DNA of 64,000 nucleotides from Epithemia pelagica (taxonomy: Eukaryota; Protista; Bacillariophyta), in the NCBI GenBank assembly GCA_946965045.2, contig OX337231.1:1612001-1676000 (forward strand), given 5' to 3'. The notes under the pieces are model-generated. The model was not told the origin of the DNA, made no database searches, and worked only from the letters and a program-made list of their open reading frames with translations. Each line of letters starts with the position of its first letter. Position 1 is the first letter of the stretch. Position numbers and translations under genes: made by a program. This document shows, piece after piece, positions 46,712-57,386 of the stretch.

Positions 46712-46897
46712 GCCTCCCGAAACAAACAGAGAAGTTAGCCTATGCCTCGACCTTATCTTCTTACACACTCATCTCTTTCCAAGACAGTTTCTACCTCTAC
46801 GATGGTGACAAGAAACCTGAAGAGCGTGGTCTGAATCGGTGGTTACGAATCTGCCTGGCTGGCTGATCTTGTCATGTCCTACCTCTTAGAGGTAACA
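46712..46897 (+). pseudogene. Penelope-like RT, 3' piece (decayed, frameshifted)
   Basis: SLCLDLI / TLISFQDSFYLY...ERGL / IGGYESAWLADLVMSYLLEV spread over three frames; continues the RT from 38284. Confidence 0.7.
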
Positions 46898-48028
46898 TAC
46901 GACACCCTCTACAACCCAATGCACCAATACGAGCTTTTGATGCCAAAAAAAGCAACTTTTGGCAGAATTCTCACCAACAACTAGGTTGTGGTGGAATCTA
47001 CAACTCATCGACTGATGCTAGTATTTTATGGCATCCGATGACATTTTCGTAAAAGTGAGAAAAGAAAGACGGCATGCTCGCAGACCTTTAAATTCGGCCA
47101 AGGCATGCTCGCAATGCACGTGTTATGAGCGACCGATCGGATATTAATTATGGCCCAACACGTGCGCTCCCAATGTTCTCAAGCGCGCGCAATCAATACT
47201 CGAGTACGCACCTCCACGACTTAGCCCAACGGCCTAAGTAACCGAAGCACGAATCACGATCACGCGAGACCATATCTCTATTCCCACAAATCGAAGAATG
47301 CAAACAGCAACGCGCCAAGAAAACAACCTATATCGCAACAAAGCAAGAGCTGTTGGCATTAGTATATGATATACAAGTGCATATACTTCCAATGCACAAT
47401 ATCCATGTCTACTCCAACCAGACCAGTCCTGTCAGCGCCATGAATATATCAGTCATGCACCCTGGCCAGACCTGCACATCAAAACACACACCGTAGTCCT
47501 AAAGCTCACAATCTAACAATATCACCATTTATCACATCCTCTTTTGTGTCCCGACTATCCTTTTGATAGACTACGACTTGGTTGTATCTCTGACCCGTGG
47601 AGATACTACTATCGGTTGGTGACCTACCTGATTGTCTGCTCTACCAAGCATTATCCCCCATGAGTTTGAAAGAATTCTACTAGATTAACAGTCTCACTGC
47701 TTATTTCCCTGCAGTTGCATTTGGAACCTTACTTACCCATCAACACCCATTACAGATTGAGATACCCCAACAAACAAGAGTTAGAGGACAAAGCTACCCA
47801 ACCCAACAACAGGGCCAGCCTGGCTAAGGCTAGGGTCACCAACCCTCTCCTATTCCAGGACCTCAAGCTGCACCAGGACTCCGTGCAACTACCTTCCCCA
47901 TACCTGACCAGTGAACCACTTTGTTGAGGACCACGAGCAAGACGAGCAAGCTACCACTGTTCCTGACTCCCCGGCTCAACTCGATCACCGAAACGAGTCT
48001 GGAAGTGACCAAGAATAAGTATCCTTAA

Positions 48029-48835
48029 CGCCATTCGTAATCGGGCAGTAAATACACTACTCGCATAATTTTGAGTAGTAAATACACTACTCCCATAATT
48101 TCAAGTCGTCCTATCTTTGTCAATTTCAATTTGTTGTGTTTCTTATAGCTTGCTTCTGGTAGAACTTGAAATTCTGAACACATTGATATATGATAGTCTA
48201 CACTAATTTTCACATCATCACCGTGGTTTTGGCCGTCAAAATTTCAGCAATTTTCATGATTTTTTGAATCCATCGACCATGGCCCAACTTTGAATGCTAC
48301 GGACACAGTCAATAGCCAACAACAAATGCCAAGACCTTCCATTCTGGTGTAAAATAACATGAACTATAGGACTGTGCCTTTACATGTGATTTGCAAATGC
48401 CTCTGATGAGCATTTGCCATTTCTCTCTCTCAGACCATGTTTTTCCAGCTTCATACCATTGACCCTTTTTCGACACATTGCATCTTTCCTTCGTCAACTT
48501 TGGCCTCCACATACCATCTGTCTTGATCATATGGCTTTATTTCATCCATTCTCACCTGGCTTGGCATCACTGGAAGATGATCCATGCCATTTTCATTGTC
48601 CGTCCTCATTGTCTCTCATGGTCGTCGCAGGCGGTCGCTCGAGTAAAAAAGAGCGACTAAGATGAAAAAAATTCTCACTATCAATAAATTTGTACTCGAA
48701 GTTAAAACGATCTGTTTTCAAACACGGTTAAGGCGCGAGCAGTATAAGCGAGCATAATCACTAATCCCATAAATTTTACGCGAGTAGTAAATTAGTTGCT
48801 CGCTAGTGCTTAAAACGCGTTCCTTACGAATGGCG
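48029..48835. mobile_element. Second non-autonomous piggyBac-type MITE, 807 bp, TTAA duplication
   Basis: TTAA (48025-48028) + CGCCATTCGTAA ... TTACGAATGGCG + TTAA (48836-48839): perfect 12-bp TIRs. Subterminal GAGTAGTAAA and CACTACTC repeats. Confidence 0.9.
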
Positions 48836-48839
48836 TTAA

Positions 48840-50810
48840 GTCGTTTTCACGCCAAACCAGAGACAAAACTGAGTTCCGCACATCCGGGTTACCTTTTGGA
48901 CATCACAACACACATCCGGGTACTTTTCCGTGGTACATACGTGGTACATCCGGGTTCCTATCACACCACACATTAAATAAAACCAATCAAGTACTACCAT
49001 GGATCCTCAACCACCCAAGACACCTACGACTCCTAAGGAAGAAGATAACCAAGACAATGTCTCGAACACAGACCTAGTCGACCACATCATCTATACTGTC
49101 TGTCAATACTTTACCAAAGAGAGAGCTGACTATTTAATGAAATGGATGAAATACCACGGTTTTGAGAACATCACTCATGTTATCTCGTACATGCAAACCA
49201 ATACTGAGGAATCCATGAACGAACTAACCCAATACAAGGTGAACAACAAGACGCATGATCTGCAAGAAGGTCCTACAAGACAACAGATCAAGCTCTTAGC
49301 CTATTGGGCCATACACAAGACCAATGAAATTCAAGATGAGCTATCCAATAGCGACTGGATGAACCTAACGAGGAAAGAGTTCAACATTTGGAGGATCAAT
49401 ACAAATTTCTCCAATGGACTATCTAGCCAAGTCCCAGTCTCGCCAATGAAGTCGCCGTCATCTGCAAAATCTGTCAGCACAGTTACTGCCGCATCCCAAT
49501 CTCAACAAGACCTAACGGCGTTCAGAAAGGGAACTAAGTGCGACGCAACTGCATATGAGGTATTCAAGGATGAACGATACTACGATTCATTCTGGCGTGT
49601 ATTCAAGACTACAGCTAAGGCACAAGGCCTATCCAACATTCCAAATTTCAAGTACACACCTCCCAAAGATGATGAGTATGCTGAAGAACTATTCCAAGAG
49701 CAACAAGTATTTCTTTACTCCGTTCTTGTCCGTATTATCCAGACTGACCAAGGTCAAGCCTACGTACGTGAACATGAACATGATGAAGATGCGCGTGCCG
49801 TATTGAAGAAGTTACATTCATTGCATACCGAATCTGATCTCGCAAAACGAGAAGTCCTGCGTTTAACCAACTACATTTCCAATCTACGTCTTGATGACAC
49901 ATGGCGCGGAACAACACGTCAATTTCTTCTACACTTTCAAGAGCAGCTACGTTTGCTAGACAATCTTGTGACATTGTCTGATCGCATCCCTGATCATACC
50001 AGGATGACTTTCCTCATGCAAGCTGTAGAAAAGGTACCTGATCTCCGCCAAGTCAAGATCTTGGACAATGTGGTGAACACAAAATCCGGTGCAAAATCCC
50101 TTTGCTATCAATCATACTTCCGTCTCCTTCTAGACGCAGCTTATGACCATGATCAAGCAACCCAGTCATCTGCACATAGTCGCCGTTGACATGTCAAACA
50201 ACGTGATTCACAATACGGCCAAGATACAGATCCTGACTTAACCCCACAAGATGATGTGTAGTATCATGCACTAACGTGACATCTGACTCTCCATCCTCTT
50301 CATCTAAGGTTAGTCTGCCGCGTGACCTATGGTTCAAACTTTCTGAAGAAGATCGCAAGTTGATCATTGGGTACAACAAGATGATTCATGCACCATCATC
50401 AACAACGCCAAAGAAAGTGCAGACGCATGCCCTTGACATTGATCCGGAACCTGATCCTGACCCCAGTCAAGAAGCTGTTTCTAAAAATGCTTCACTTGGT
50501 GCGACTTCCGAGCATCAAGATGAGTCAGATCCAGTTACACAATTCATCAACCAAGCCATGACGACTGACATCAATCATCCAGCGTCTGACTTGACCAGTG
50601 TTCTATCCAACGCCAAGTCAAAAACAAGCAAGAAGGTTAGCCTCAAGGCCAATATGCATAAACAGGAAGGACACATACTGCACTATCTGTCTTCCAGGAA
50701 ATCTACTCTCCCAGGAAACCAATTGGTTGACCGTGGTGCTAATGGAGGACTTGCTGGTTCTGACATGCGCATCCTTTCTAAGACTGGTCGTCATATATCC
50801 ATTATGGGTA
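48840..50810 (+). mobile_element. Ty1/copia (CoDi-like) retrotransposon, 5' part: leader, gag and protease
   Basis: Leader with three ACATCCGGG repeats; gag ORF 48999..50189 (FRKGTKCDA..YEVFKDERYYDSF...QQVFLYSVL...WRGTTRQFLLHF); protease-like LVDRGANGGLAG near 50723; frameshift and stop between. Confidence 0.85.
48999..50189 (+). CDS. Copia Gag-like protein, 396 aa (truncated by a premature stop)
   Basis: ORF track plus diatom-copia gag motifs TAKAQGL, IQTDQGQAYVREH, AVEKVPDLRQV. Confidence 0.75.
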   Translation: MDPQPPKTPTTPKEEDNQDNVSNTDLVDHIIYTVCQYFTKERADYLMKWMKYHGFENITHVISYMQTNTEESMNELTQYKVNNKTHDLQEGPTRQQIKLLAYWAIHKTNEIQDELSNSDWMNLTRKEFNIWRINTNFSNGLSSQVPVSPMKSPSSAKSVSTVTAASQSQQDLTAFRKGTKCDATAYEVFKDERYYDSFWRVFKTTAKAQGLSNIPNFKYTPPKDDEYAEELFQEQQVFLYSVLVRIIQTDQGQAYVREHEHDEDARAVLKKLHSLHTESDLAKREVLRLTNYISNLRLDDTWRGTTRQFLLHFQEQLRLLDNLVTLSDRIPDHTRMTFLMQAVEKVPDLRQVKILDNVVNTKSGAKSLCYQSYFRLLLDAAYDHDQATQSSAHSRR

Positions 50811-51480
50811 CATCTAAGGAGGGAAATGGGCCCTGGCGCTTGATTTCCACCCCCAAAAGCGAATTTCTAGAAAAAATTCGCCGAATTAAAATTTTTTATG
50901 CGCAGTTTATTTTTATATGCGCAGTTTTTAACTATAATCCTGCTTTCCCAACTAAATCTGCAAATCTAGGTCTAACAATGCACATTTCTCTAGCTAGTTC
51001 TAGAGATCGAGCTAACTATCACGCGCATGCAACAATTTTAATGCGCACAAGCCCGCAATCAAACCATGAATAACGCGCGCCACACTCCGATAATGCGCAC
51101 TGCAACTATCTGGCGCGCTCGACCCCCCCGAGACGCGCATGACGCAACCCTCATGCGCAAGCGTCTGTCCCCTCACCTTTGAATCACGAATTTCCACTCC
51201 CACCACATCACACAGCAGCTGCCAGAAAGACTGACGCACATGGATGTCCCAAAGAATGTCTCAGACGGATCCTCCTTCCCAATCACCCAAACCGCGGGGA
51301 TTACCTACTCGACACTCTGATCCATCGAAGAAAACCGAACAACCTAGCATACTAGTCATTCAACAATCAACGACCACCAGAATCGATGCTCATTCATCTC
51401 CCTCCACCTCCACCCAACACACCACAACAAACAACAACAGCAGCAGCAGCAACAACAGCAATCGATCACCCAACGCTATC

Positions 51481-52240
51481 GAGATTCCCCTGTTCAATCC
51501 CATTATCTATCCAGCTTCTTTCATCAACCTAACAGCTCTGCCATTCCAATCACGCTACAATTAAAGCGGCTTGGGGCATCTGTCTGATTGTCGCTTGGTT
51601 CCTTTTCAGCCACCTTTTTGTTGCTTGCTTTCTCTCTGCCGAGATTCCCTTTTCAATCCTTTCACCTATCCAACTTCTTTCACCAACCTAACAGCTCTGC
51701 CATTCCAATCACGCTACAATTAAAGCGGCTTGGGGCATCTGTTTGATTGTTGCTTGGTTCCTTTTCAGCCACCTTTTTGTTGCTTGCTTCCTCTTCAGCC
51801 ACCTTCACTCCAAAACTGCTGCACCAGAAGAAGAGGAAGAGGAACTCAAGCACGGCCAGAGCATTCGAGACATTGATACTTGCACTATCTTGCAGCTCTG
51901 CCATTCCAATCACGCTACAACTAAAGCGGCTTGGGGCATCTGTCTGATTGTTGCTTGCTTCCTTTCAACCACGACCTTCACTCCAAAACCGCTACAACAG
52001 GAAAACAAGAAGAAGAGGAACCCAAGAAGAAGAACGACCACCAGAGCATTCAAAACATTGTTGACATTTGTCCTATCTTTGACACTTGCACCATCTTGCA
52101 GCTCTGCCATTCCAATCACCACGCTACAATTAAAGCGGCTTGGGGCATCTGTCTGATTGTTGCTTGTTTCACTCAGCTCTGTCCTTCATTCCAATCACGC
52201 TATTACAATTAAAGCGGTTTCGGGCTATCTGTTAGATTGT
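51481..52240. repeat. Composite subterminal minisatellite: ~65-bp core repeated 5 times with related variable linkers
   Basis: Core CAGCTCTGCCATTCCAATCACGCTACAATTAAAGCGGCTTGGGGCATCTGTCTGATTGT at 51533, 51692, 51893, 52099 and a degenerate copy at 52174. Confidence 0.88.
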
Positions 52241-52694
52241 TGTTTCTCTTGCAAGGAAGACTTCTTATCAAGAACCCTTCTGTCCTCGTGATACTTCGAC
52301 TTGAATAGAACAGACCCAAAGCAAGCAGTGTGACACGGTGGTAGCCAGTTGCTTCTGTTCTATTCTTGTCGCAAGATTGCTTGGACAACCAACCAACCCC
52401 TGGTTTTGGAGTAGCAAATTCTGGCACCGATTGTTGGATCACAACGAACAAGACGCTACACATAAAGCGCATCGTAGTGTATTCCTTCGATTTGGTTGTT
52501 GTTTTGTTACCACCAGAGTTCAGGACCAAACCAAAGACGCTACACAATTCAGCGCACACTTTTTACTGTTTAGACAAGTACACAAGGTTGTCTCAAAGAC
52601 GCTACGATTAAAGAGCTTCCTCGACTACCCTTGTTGTTGTTGTTGTTGTTGAAACAAAGACGCTACAAAAAAAGCGCATCGTAACAAGTACAAA

Positions 52695-53863
52695 ATGGCG
52701 GGCAATCGCATCAAGAAGGGCCCTCGCTACAAAAAGCCACCGACCGCCAAGAATCCTGGTGACCCTTCTTCAATGAATGATGAAGTGCGAAACAAAAGAA
52801 AGGACGAGTCGACTATGACTGTTTCTGGTACCAATCATACACTTCCAACACACACAAACGAGGAATCTCACTACACCGGTATTATGCCCATGACATACGA
52901 AAGTGTCCTCAATTGGTATGAAAGTGTTTTCCAAGACAAATCAGGAAAATGGACAACAGTGGAGGTACCACATGACGGCCATTATGTGAAGATATTCCTA
53001 CCAATCTGTTATTCGCCTGCATTCCAAGATATCATCTGTCACTCCGTTTTCTGTTTCACAAGAATTAAGAACGAGATGGATGATGATGACAAGTTGACTC
53101 CAATGTTGCTCGACTAATGTTCAAAAAGACTCTCTACAGTCCTCTTTCCAATATTTGGAATCAGGTATTTGGGACGACAGTGATAGACAGTGCTGAGAAT
53201 CTGAGACAAACCATTATCAGATTTCTTTCCTCTCATGGCCTAGTCTCTAAGAAGACACGCAAGGGGATCGGTGGGATTGGAGAAGCATTGAAACGATACC
53301 TTCTAGATGATTCCTCCCTTTACAGGAAACCGCGTCTCGTACCTGTTGGTAAAATCGCATGGGTTATCGAACATATGGTGGCCATACACCGTTTCATCTC
53401 AGAATCGACATCGGACGAGAACATGGGCGTGATTTCCAATATCCAAATGGAGAAAGCACTGTTGTATACGATGCCTGACACGTGGTTCAAGATGTACCTT
53501 GAAGAAAGAGATTCTTTGGTACAATATGGAAGAAACGGAGACGATGGCGGTATGTTCTACGATCTACTGCATTATATAGAAAAACAAGAGTTACTGTCTG
53601 CCAGGAAATCGAAAGAAATTGCCGTGCAACGTCGGAGTACAGACTCGCCGGCAAAAAAGAGACAGAAGGTCGTCGCTGGTAATGATCCTACTGACGAGAG
53701 AAAGGAACAAGTACTACCAACTTCCATTACAACGTCGAACCAAGTCGCCCTCAAATCAGACCGTGTGGAAGAGGTCAGGAAGATTATAAGCAACGACGAT
53801 GAAAAAACCGCAGACAACGAGGTAAGATGTTCGAGCGACTTGCCAAGAATTGAGAAGGATTAG
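52695..53863 (+). CDS. Cargo ORF(s) with a Ty3/gypsy Gag-like segment (52695..53117 and 53117..53863, overlapping TAATG junction)
   Basis: LKRYLL...RKPRLVPV...; KALLYTMPDTW...; DLLHYIEKQE resemble the KRY-x-KP-x / MP-x-W / L-x-Y-x-E pattern of gypsy gag capsid domains. Confidence 0.45.
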
Positions 53864-53945
53864 ACAATCTCAAAAATGATTGATCTCTTTGTCTTAGAGA
53901 CGTTGTGCTTCCATAAACAAGGGAAATGAGGAGACAGGTGATGGT

Positions 53946-55223
53946 GTGGTACCACCGCCTTTTATTGTAATTCCACACGTACTTGATCCTATAGTAAACC
54001 AGAAGAGAAGAAAAGACTCATGGGACTCGAATGAATCCATCGACAACATTGGTGACGGTTACTTAGACAAGTTCGCGGAAAAACAAGCTGACAGAAACAA
54101 CGAGAACATCAAGTCGGCCATGAAGCTAGCAACCCAGTATGCTAAGAGCATGGGGAAGGACAACACGCATGTCGAAATCAAGACATTATTTAGGTGCACA
54201 CTATGCATGTCTTACAGTGGGTTGATGAATGACCAGGACCCTACAACGCGTGTTTTGCATATCCCACATAGACATCGTCGGAGAGATCTTTGCTACAACA
54301 CTTCGAGGACGGGTATGCCGATTGAGTCTTTCTATACTTGTTTGAAGTTGATGGTCCATCACAACCATCAGAACCTAGTATATGTTGACAAAGTAACATT
54401 TGATGAAGCGAACAGGAACCCATTTCCTAAGAAAATTCCTATGTCATCATGGAGACAACAGGAACCAAACACACTGATATTGGCGATCGTTGCCTTGACA
54501 ACAGCAACTGATGTCAGCGACCCAGCTTTATTGGCTTTCGAAATCGACAAAAAGATACTTCATATCTACGAACCAATAAATAATCGATCAGACCAATACT
54601 GGGAAGGAACGACGCGTCATGTACTACGGAAATGGGACCTGGTCAATACGTCAAAAGGTGCCCCGCCTGTCAGTCTATGTTATGACCCATCATTAGTGGA
54701 AGACGATGAAGCGACACATGATACAAACAACGAATGTAACAAGTGGCGATATCGCATTGTGAAAATGCCAGAACCTAAGAAGGATACTCCAAAGCCAATG
54801 CCACAAGCTATTGTGATCAGAATGCTTGGAAACATAATGAGTAGTCGACCAAACCCGGGTCGGAAAGAAGGTCAGATAGACAAGAGTATGACGATATCCA
54901 ATTGTTTTTCGAGTAATCAAATACGGTACAATAATGAATTTTCGAGAGGACTAGAACATGCTGTGGGTGGCAATTCGATCTCTCCTTTGGTGTTGGGACC
55001 TGACAATTTCGATGGTAACAGCGACAACGATCCCGTTGAAGTGGGGTTTTCACGTGATACCGATAAATACGAATACAAGGAGAACGTCGATCTATCTGAT
55101 GGTGGGTGTTCAGAGACGTGGACTACGGATGGTGACATATTGTTTATACCGGGCCCAAAGGTGGGATTAGAACCCAAGGAGGTGTTACTTGACTCCAAAC
55201 TTTCCAAGAGAGATATAAATTGA
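53946..55223 (+). CDS. Cargo ORF, 425 aa, possible Ulp1/C48-protease-like fold lacking obvious catalytic residues
   Basis: LILAIV...ALLAFEIDKKILHIYEPI resembles the beta-hairpin after the catalytic His of Ulp1-type peptidases; the His and Cys are not evident. Confidence 0.35.
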   Translation: MVPPPFIVIPHVLDPIVNQKRRKDSWDSNESIDNIGDGYLDKFAEKQADRNNENIKSAMKLATQYAKSMGKDNTHVEIKTLFRCTLCMSYSGLMNDQDPTTRVLHIPHRHRRRDLCYNTSRTGMPIESFYTCLKLMVHHNHQNLVYVDKVTFDEANRNPFPKKIPMSSWRQQEPNTLILAIVALTTATDVSDPALLAFEIDKKILHIYEPINNRSDQYWEGTTRHVLRKWDLVNTSKGAPPVSLCYDPSLVEDDEATHDTNNECNKWRYRIVKMPEPKKDTPKPMPQAIVIRMLGNIMSSRPNPGRKEGQIDKSMTISNCFSSNQIRYNNEFSRGLEHAVGGNSISPLVLGPDNFDGNSDNDPVEVGFSRDTDKYEYKENVDLSDGGCSETWTTDGDILFIPGPKVGLEPKEVLLDSKLSKRDIN

Positions 55224-57386
55224 TTGCTACCGACCGTTGTATATTGTCCAGATTCTTGCGTATGCTGTAACAGGGCATTGAAAACAGATACAGACAGCGA
55301 AGTCTGTACCCTCATCCCATGTGGACATCTGGTTCACGGAAATTGCTTACGAATACGGTTCAAGTATCATAATGTATGGTGTCCCCAGTGTGGACAAAAG
55401 ATCAAGAGTAACATACACATGTTTGGTGCGGAGAAGATAGAGGGACACAAGAAAACAGCGGAAGACACTACAACTACGATCGAGGGATTCCCTGAAGAGG
55501 GACAAAGGAAAACAGTCGAAGACACTACAACTACGATTGAGGGACGCCCTGAAGAATCATCAAAAAAATCACCTGTGAGTAACAAGACGTCAACACTAGA
55601 ACAAAGAGGAGTTGAGACAAAATACAAGCCCGAGGTTTGTTCGATTTGTATGACCAGAAAAGTGGATTGCGAACTGTTTCTTTGTAGACATACATTTTGT
55701 CGGAAATGTGTTGGAGATTGGATGCAGCGGGGCCACAACACATGTATGGTGTGCAGCCAGGATATTCAAAGTCTATTGTACTTCTGTCCTATGACACGTT
55801 CTGTTCAAAGAACATATACTCATCCTTCTGAACACAAAGCAATCTATCAGTCACCAGAGGGTGAGAAGCCTAAATACCAGCAATGGGGAGGAAATAACTC
55901 ATCACGTTCCGTTGCAATGCCTGCGAATTGGGGTAACCGGAGTGAGCTGCCTGAAGAAAGACATAGAACAGAGCAAACCCAACATGATAACGAAAGAACC
56001 AAGGACAAGAGAGAGAATCCACATGGGCTATGGGGAGGACGGAATCAGAACAACGTCCCGTCGACAGCTCGAAGCCCCAGAACAACTGAGTGGGGTTCGC
56101 AACCTGAACATGACAGGCCAGTGTATTGTCAGCATGGACAGAATCGATTCAATGATGATCATCCAGGATCGAGAGGATCTAATACATCGGATTATCATGG
56201 ATCTCGTCATTCACATTTCGATCAAGATAACCAACAAACTAGAAGAGGAGTCATTGAACGACAAGACCAACATGGATATCATGATAACCACCAAGACGAG
56301 TCTAGAGGGAGAAGAGATCAAATCATGGAAAACACTTACCGGGATAGAAAAAGAAGACATGATAATCAAAATCAATTGTCTAATCGACATCCGATGGATT
56401 GGAGGAGATTCCCTGGATACAACGAACATTCCAGAGAACATACAAGGCACCATTTGGTATATAGAGATAGCCACAATCAATGGTCTAATCGACATCCGAT
56501 GGATTGGGAGAGATTCCCTGGATACAACGAACATTCCAGGCACCATTTGTCACTTAGAGATAGTCATCCTGGACACAACGATCATTCTAGGCGTACCCGT
56601 CAGAGAGAGCCTAACCGTCCCTCAACTGATAGAGGTAATAGTCAACCAAATCAATCACCTCGTAGAGAGAGAGAAAAGGACATTCATCACACCACAGAGA
56701 GTCGTGGAGGGCAGGATGGCCTATCCAAACTTGGTTGGAATTCCAAGGACAATCAGGAGAGGGATGATCGGAACAGACAGAGCGGTCAGAAAGCAACCTC
56801 CAGTCACCAAGATGAATGTGGACAAGGAGAAGAGATACAAAGCAGAGATGGCAACGGTTCTACAGACAAACAAAAGGGCAAGGACTGTGGCAAACAAGAG
56901 ATTGTTGCTTACAAACAACACGAAAATTCAGGAGATAAAGGGTCTAAGAATGCCAACAACACACCTGACAGTGATAATCCGTCTAGCTGTCACAATGACA
57001 GTGTCAACCAAGATGATGCGACACAAACCAAAGAAGGAAAGGATAGTACTGACAAACAAAAAGGTAGCAGCAAGAACAACGATGACCAAATGACAAAAAA
57101 GGACCATAACAAGGGAAGTAGCATCAATACGACAGCACAAACGGATCAGCGCATACAAGACGAACAAGGTACGAAGGAGATTCACGAGTCTCCAATACAC
57201 GGTAATCATGATGATACTGACGAACAGAATACTTCACCGGAAAGGAAAAGAAAAGGATGTAAGACCATTGGTTCATCCAGGGGACTACCCACGAACAAGC
57301 AACGACGACAAGAGGGCCTATCGAAGTTGACACTAACACATGAAACGATCAAAGTCGAAAATGTATCATTGTCTCTCTCTTGGTAA
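55224..57386 (+). CDS. Cargo protein with two RING fingers and a long low-complexity R/H/D/Q tail
   Basis: RING-H2-like CVCC...CGHLVHGNC...CPQC and RING-HC CSIC...CRHTFCRKC...CMVC. Internal repeats EDTTTTIEG x2 and SNRHPMDW.RFPGYNEHSR x2. Confidence 0.75.
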   Translation: MLPTVVYCPDSCVCCNRALKTDTDSEVCTLIPCGHLVHGNCLRIRFKYHNVWCPQCGQKIKSNIHMFGAEKIEGHKKTAEDTTTTIEGFPEEGQRKTVEDTTTTIEGRPEESSKKSPVSNKTSTLEQRGVETKYKPEVCSICMTRKVDCELFLCRHTFCRKCVGDWMQRGHNTCMVCSQDIQSLLYFCPMTRSVQRTYTHPSEHKAIYQSPEGEKPKYQQWGGNNSSRSVAMPANWGNRSELPEERHRTEQTQHDNERTKDKRENPHGLWGGRNQNNVPSTARSPRTTEWGSQPEHDRPVYCQHGQNRFNDDHPGSRGSNTSDYHGSRHSHFDQDNQQTRRGVIERQDQHGYHDNHQDESRGRRDQIMENTYRDRKRRHDNQNQLSNRHPMDWRRFPGYNEHSREHTRHHLVYRDSHNQWSNRHPMDWERFPGYNEHSRHHLSLRDSHPGHNDHSRRTRQREPNRPSTDRGNSQPNQSPRREREKDIHHTTESRGGQDGLSKLGWNSKDNQERDDRNRQSGQKATSSHQDECGQGEEIQSRDGNGSTDKQKGKDCGKQEIVAYKQHENSGDKGSKNANNTPDSDNPSSCHNDSVNQDDATQTKEGKDSTDKQKGSSKNNDDQMTKKDHNKGSSINTTAQTDQRIQDEQGTKEIHESPIHGNHDDTDEQNTSPERKRKGCKTIGSSRGLPTNKQRRQEGLSKLTLTHETIKVENVSLSLSW

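Noticed and set aside
46920-47520. Another DNA transposon end (GGCATGCTCGCA repeats, GC-rich motifs)
   Set aside because: No matching opposite terminus or TSD found; left unclassified.
37150-48020. Hammerhead ribozyme expected near Penelope-like elements
   Set aside because: No CTGANGA...GAAA core with compatible stems was found by eye on either strand; an Infernal scan would be decisive.
47540-48024. 5' LTR and primer-binding site of the copia element
   Set aside because: Plausible position and TG...ACA-like ends, but no second LTR in the window and no recognisable PBS, so it cannot be supported.
51481-52240. CRISPR-like repeat-spacer array
   Set aside because: Repeats are about 65 bp, linkers are long, unequal and homologous to each other, there are no cas genes, and the context is a eukaryotic transposon arm; it is a composite minisatellite.
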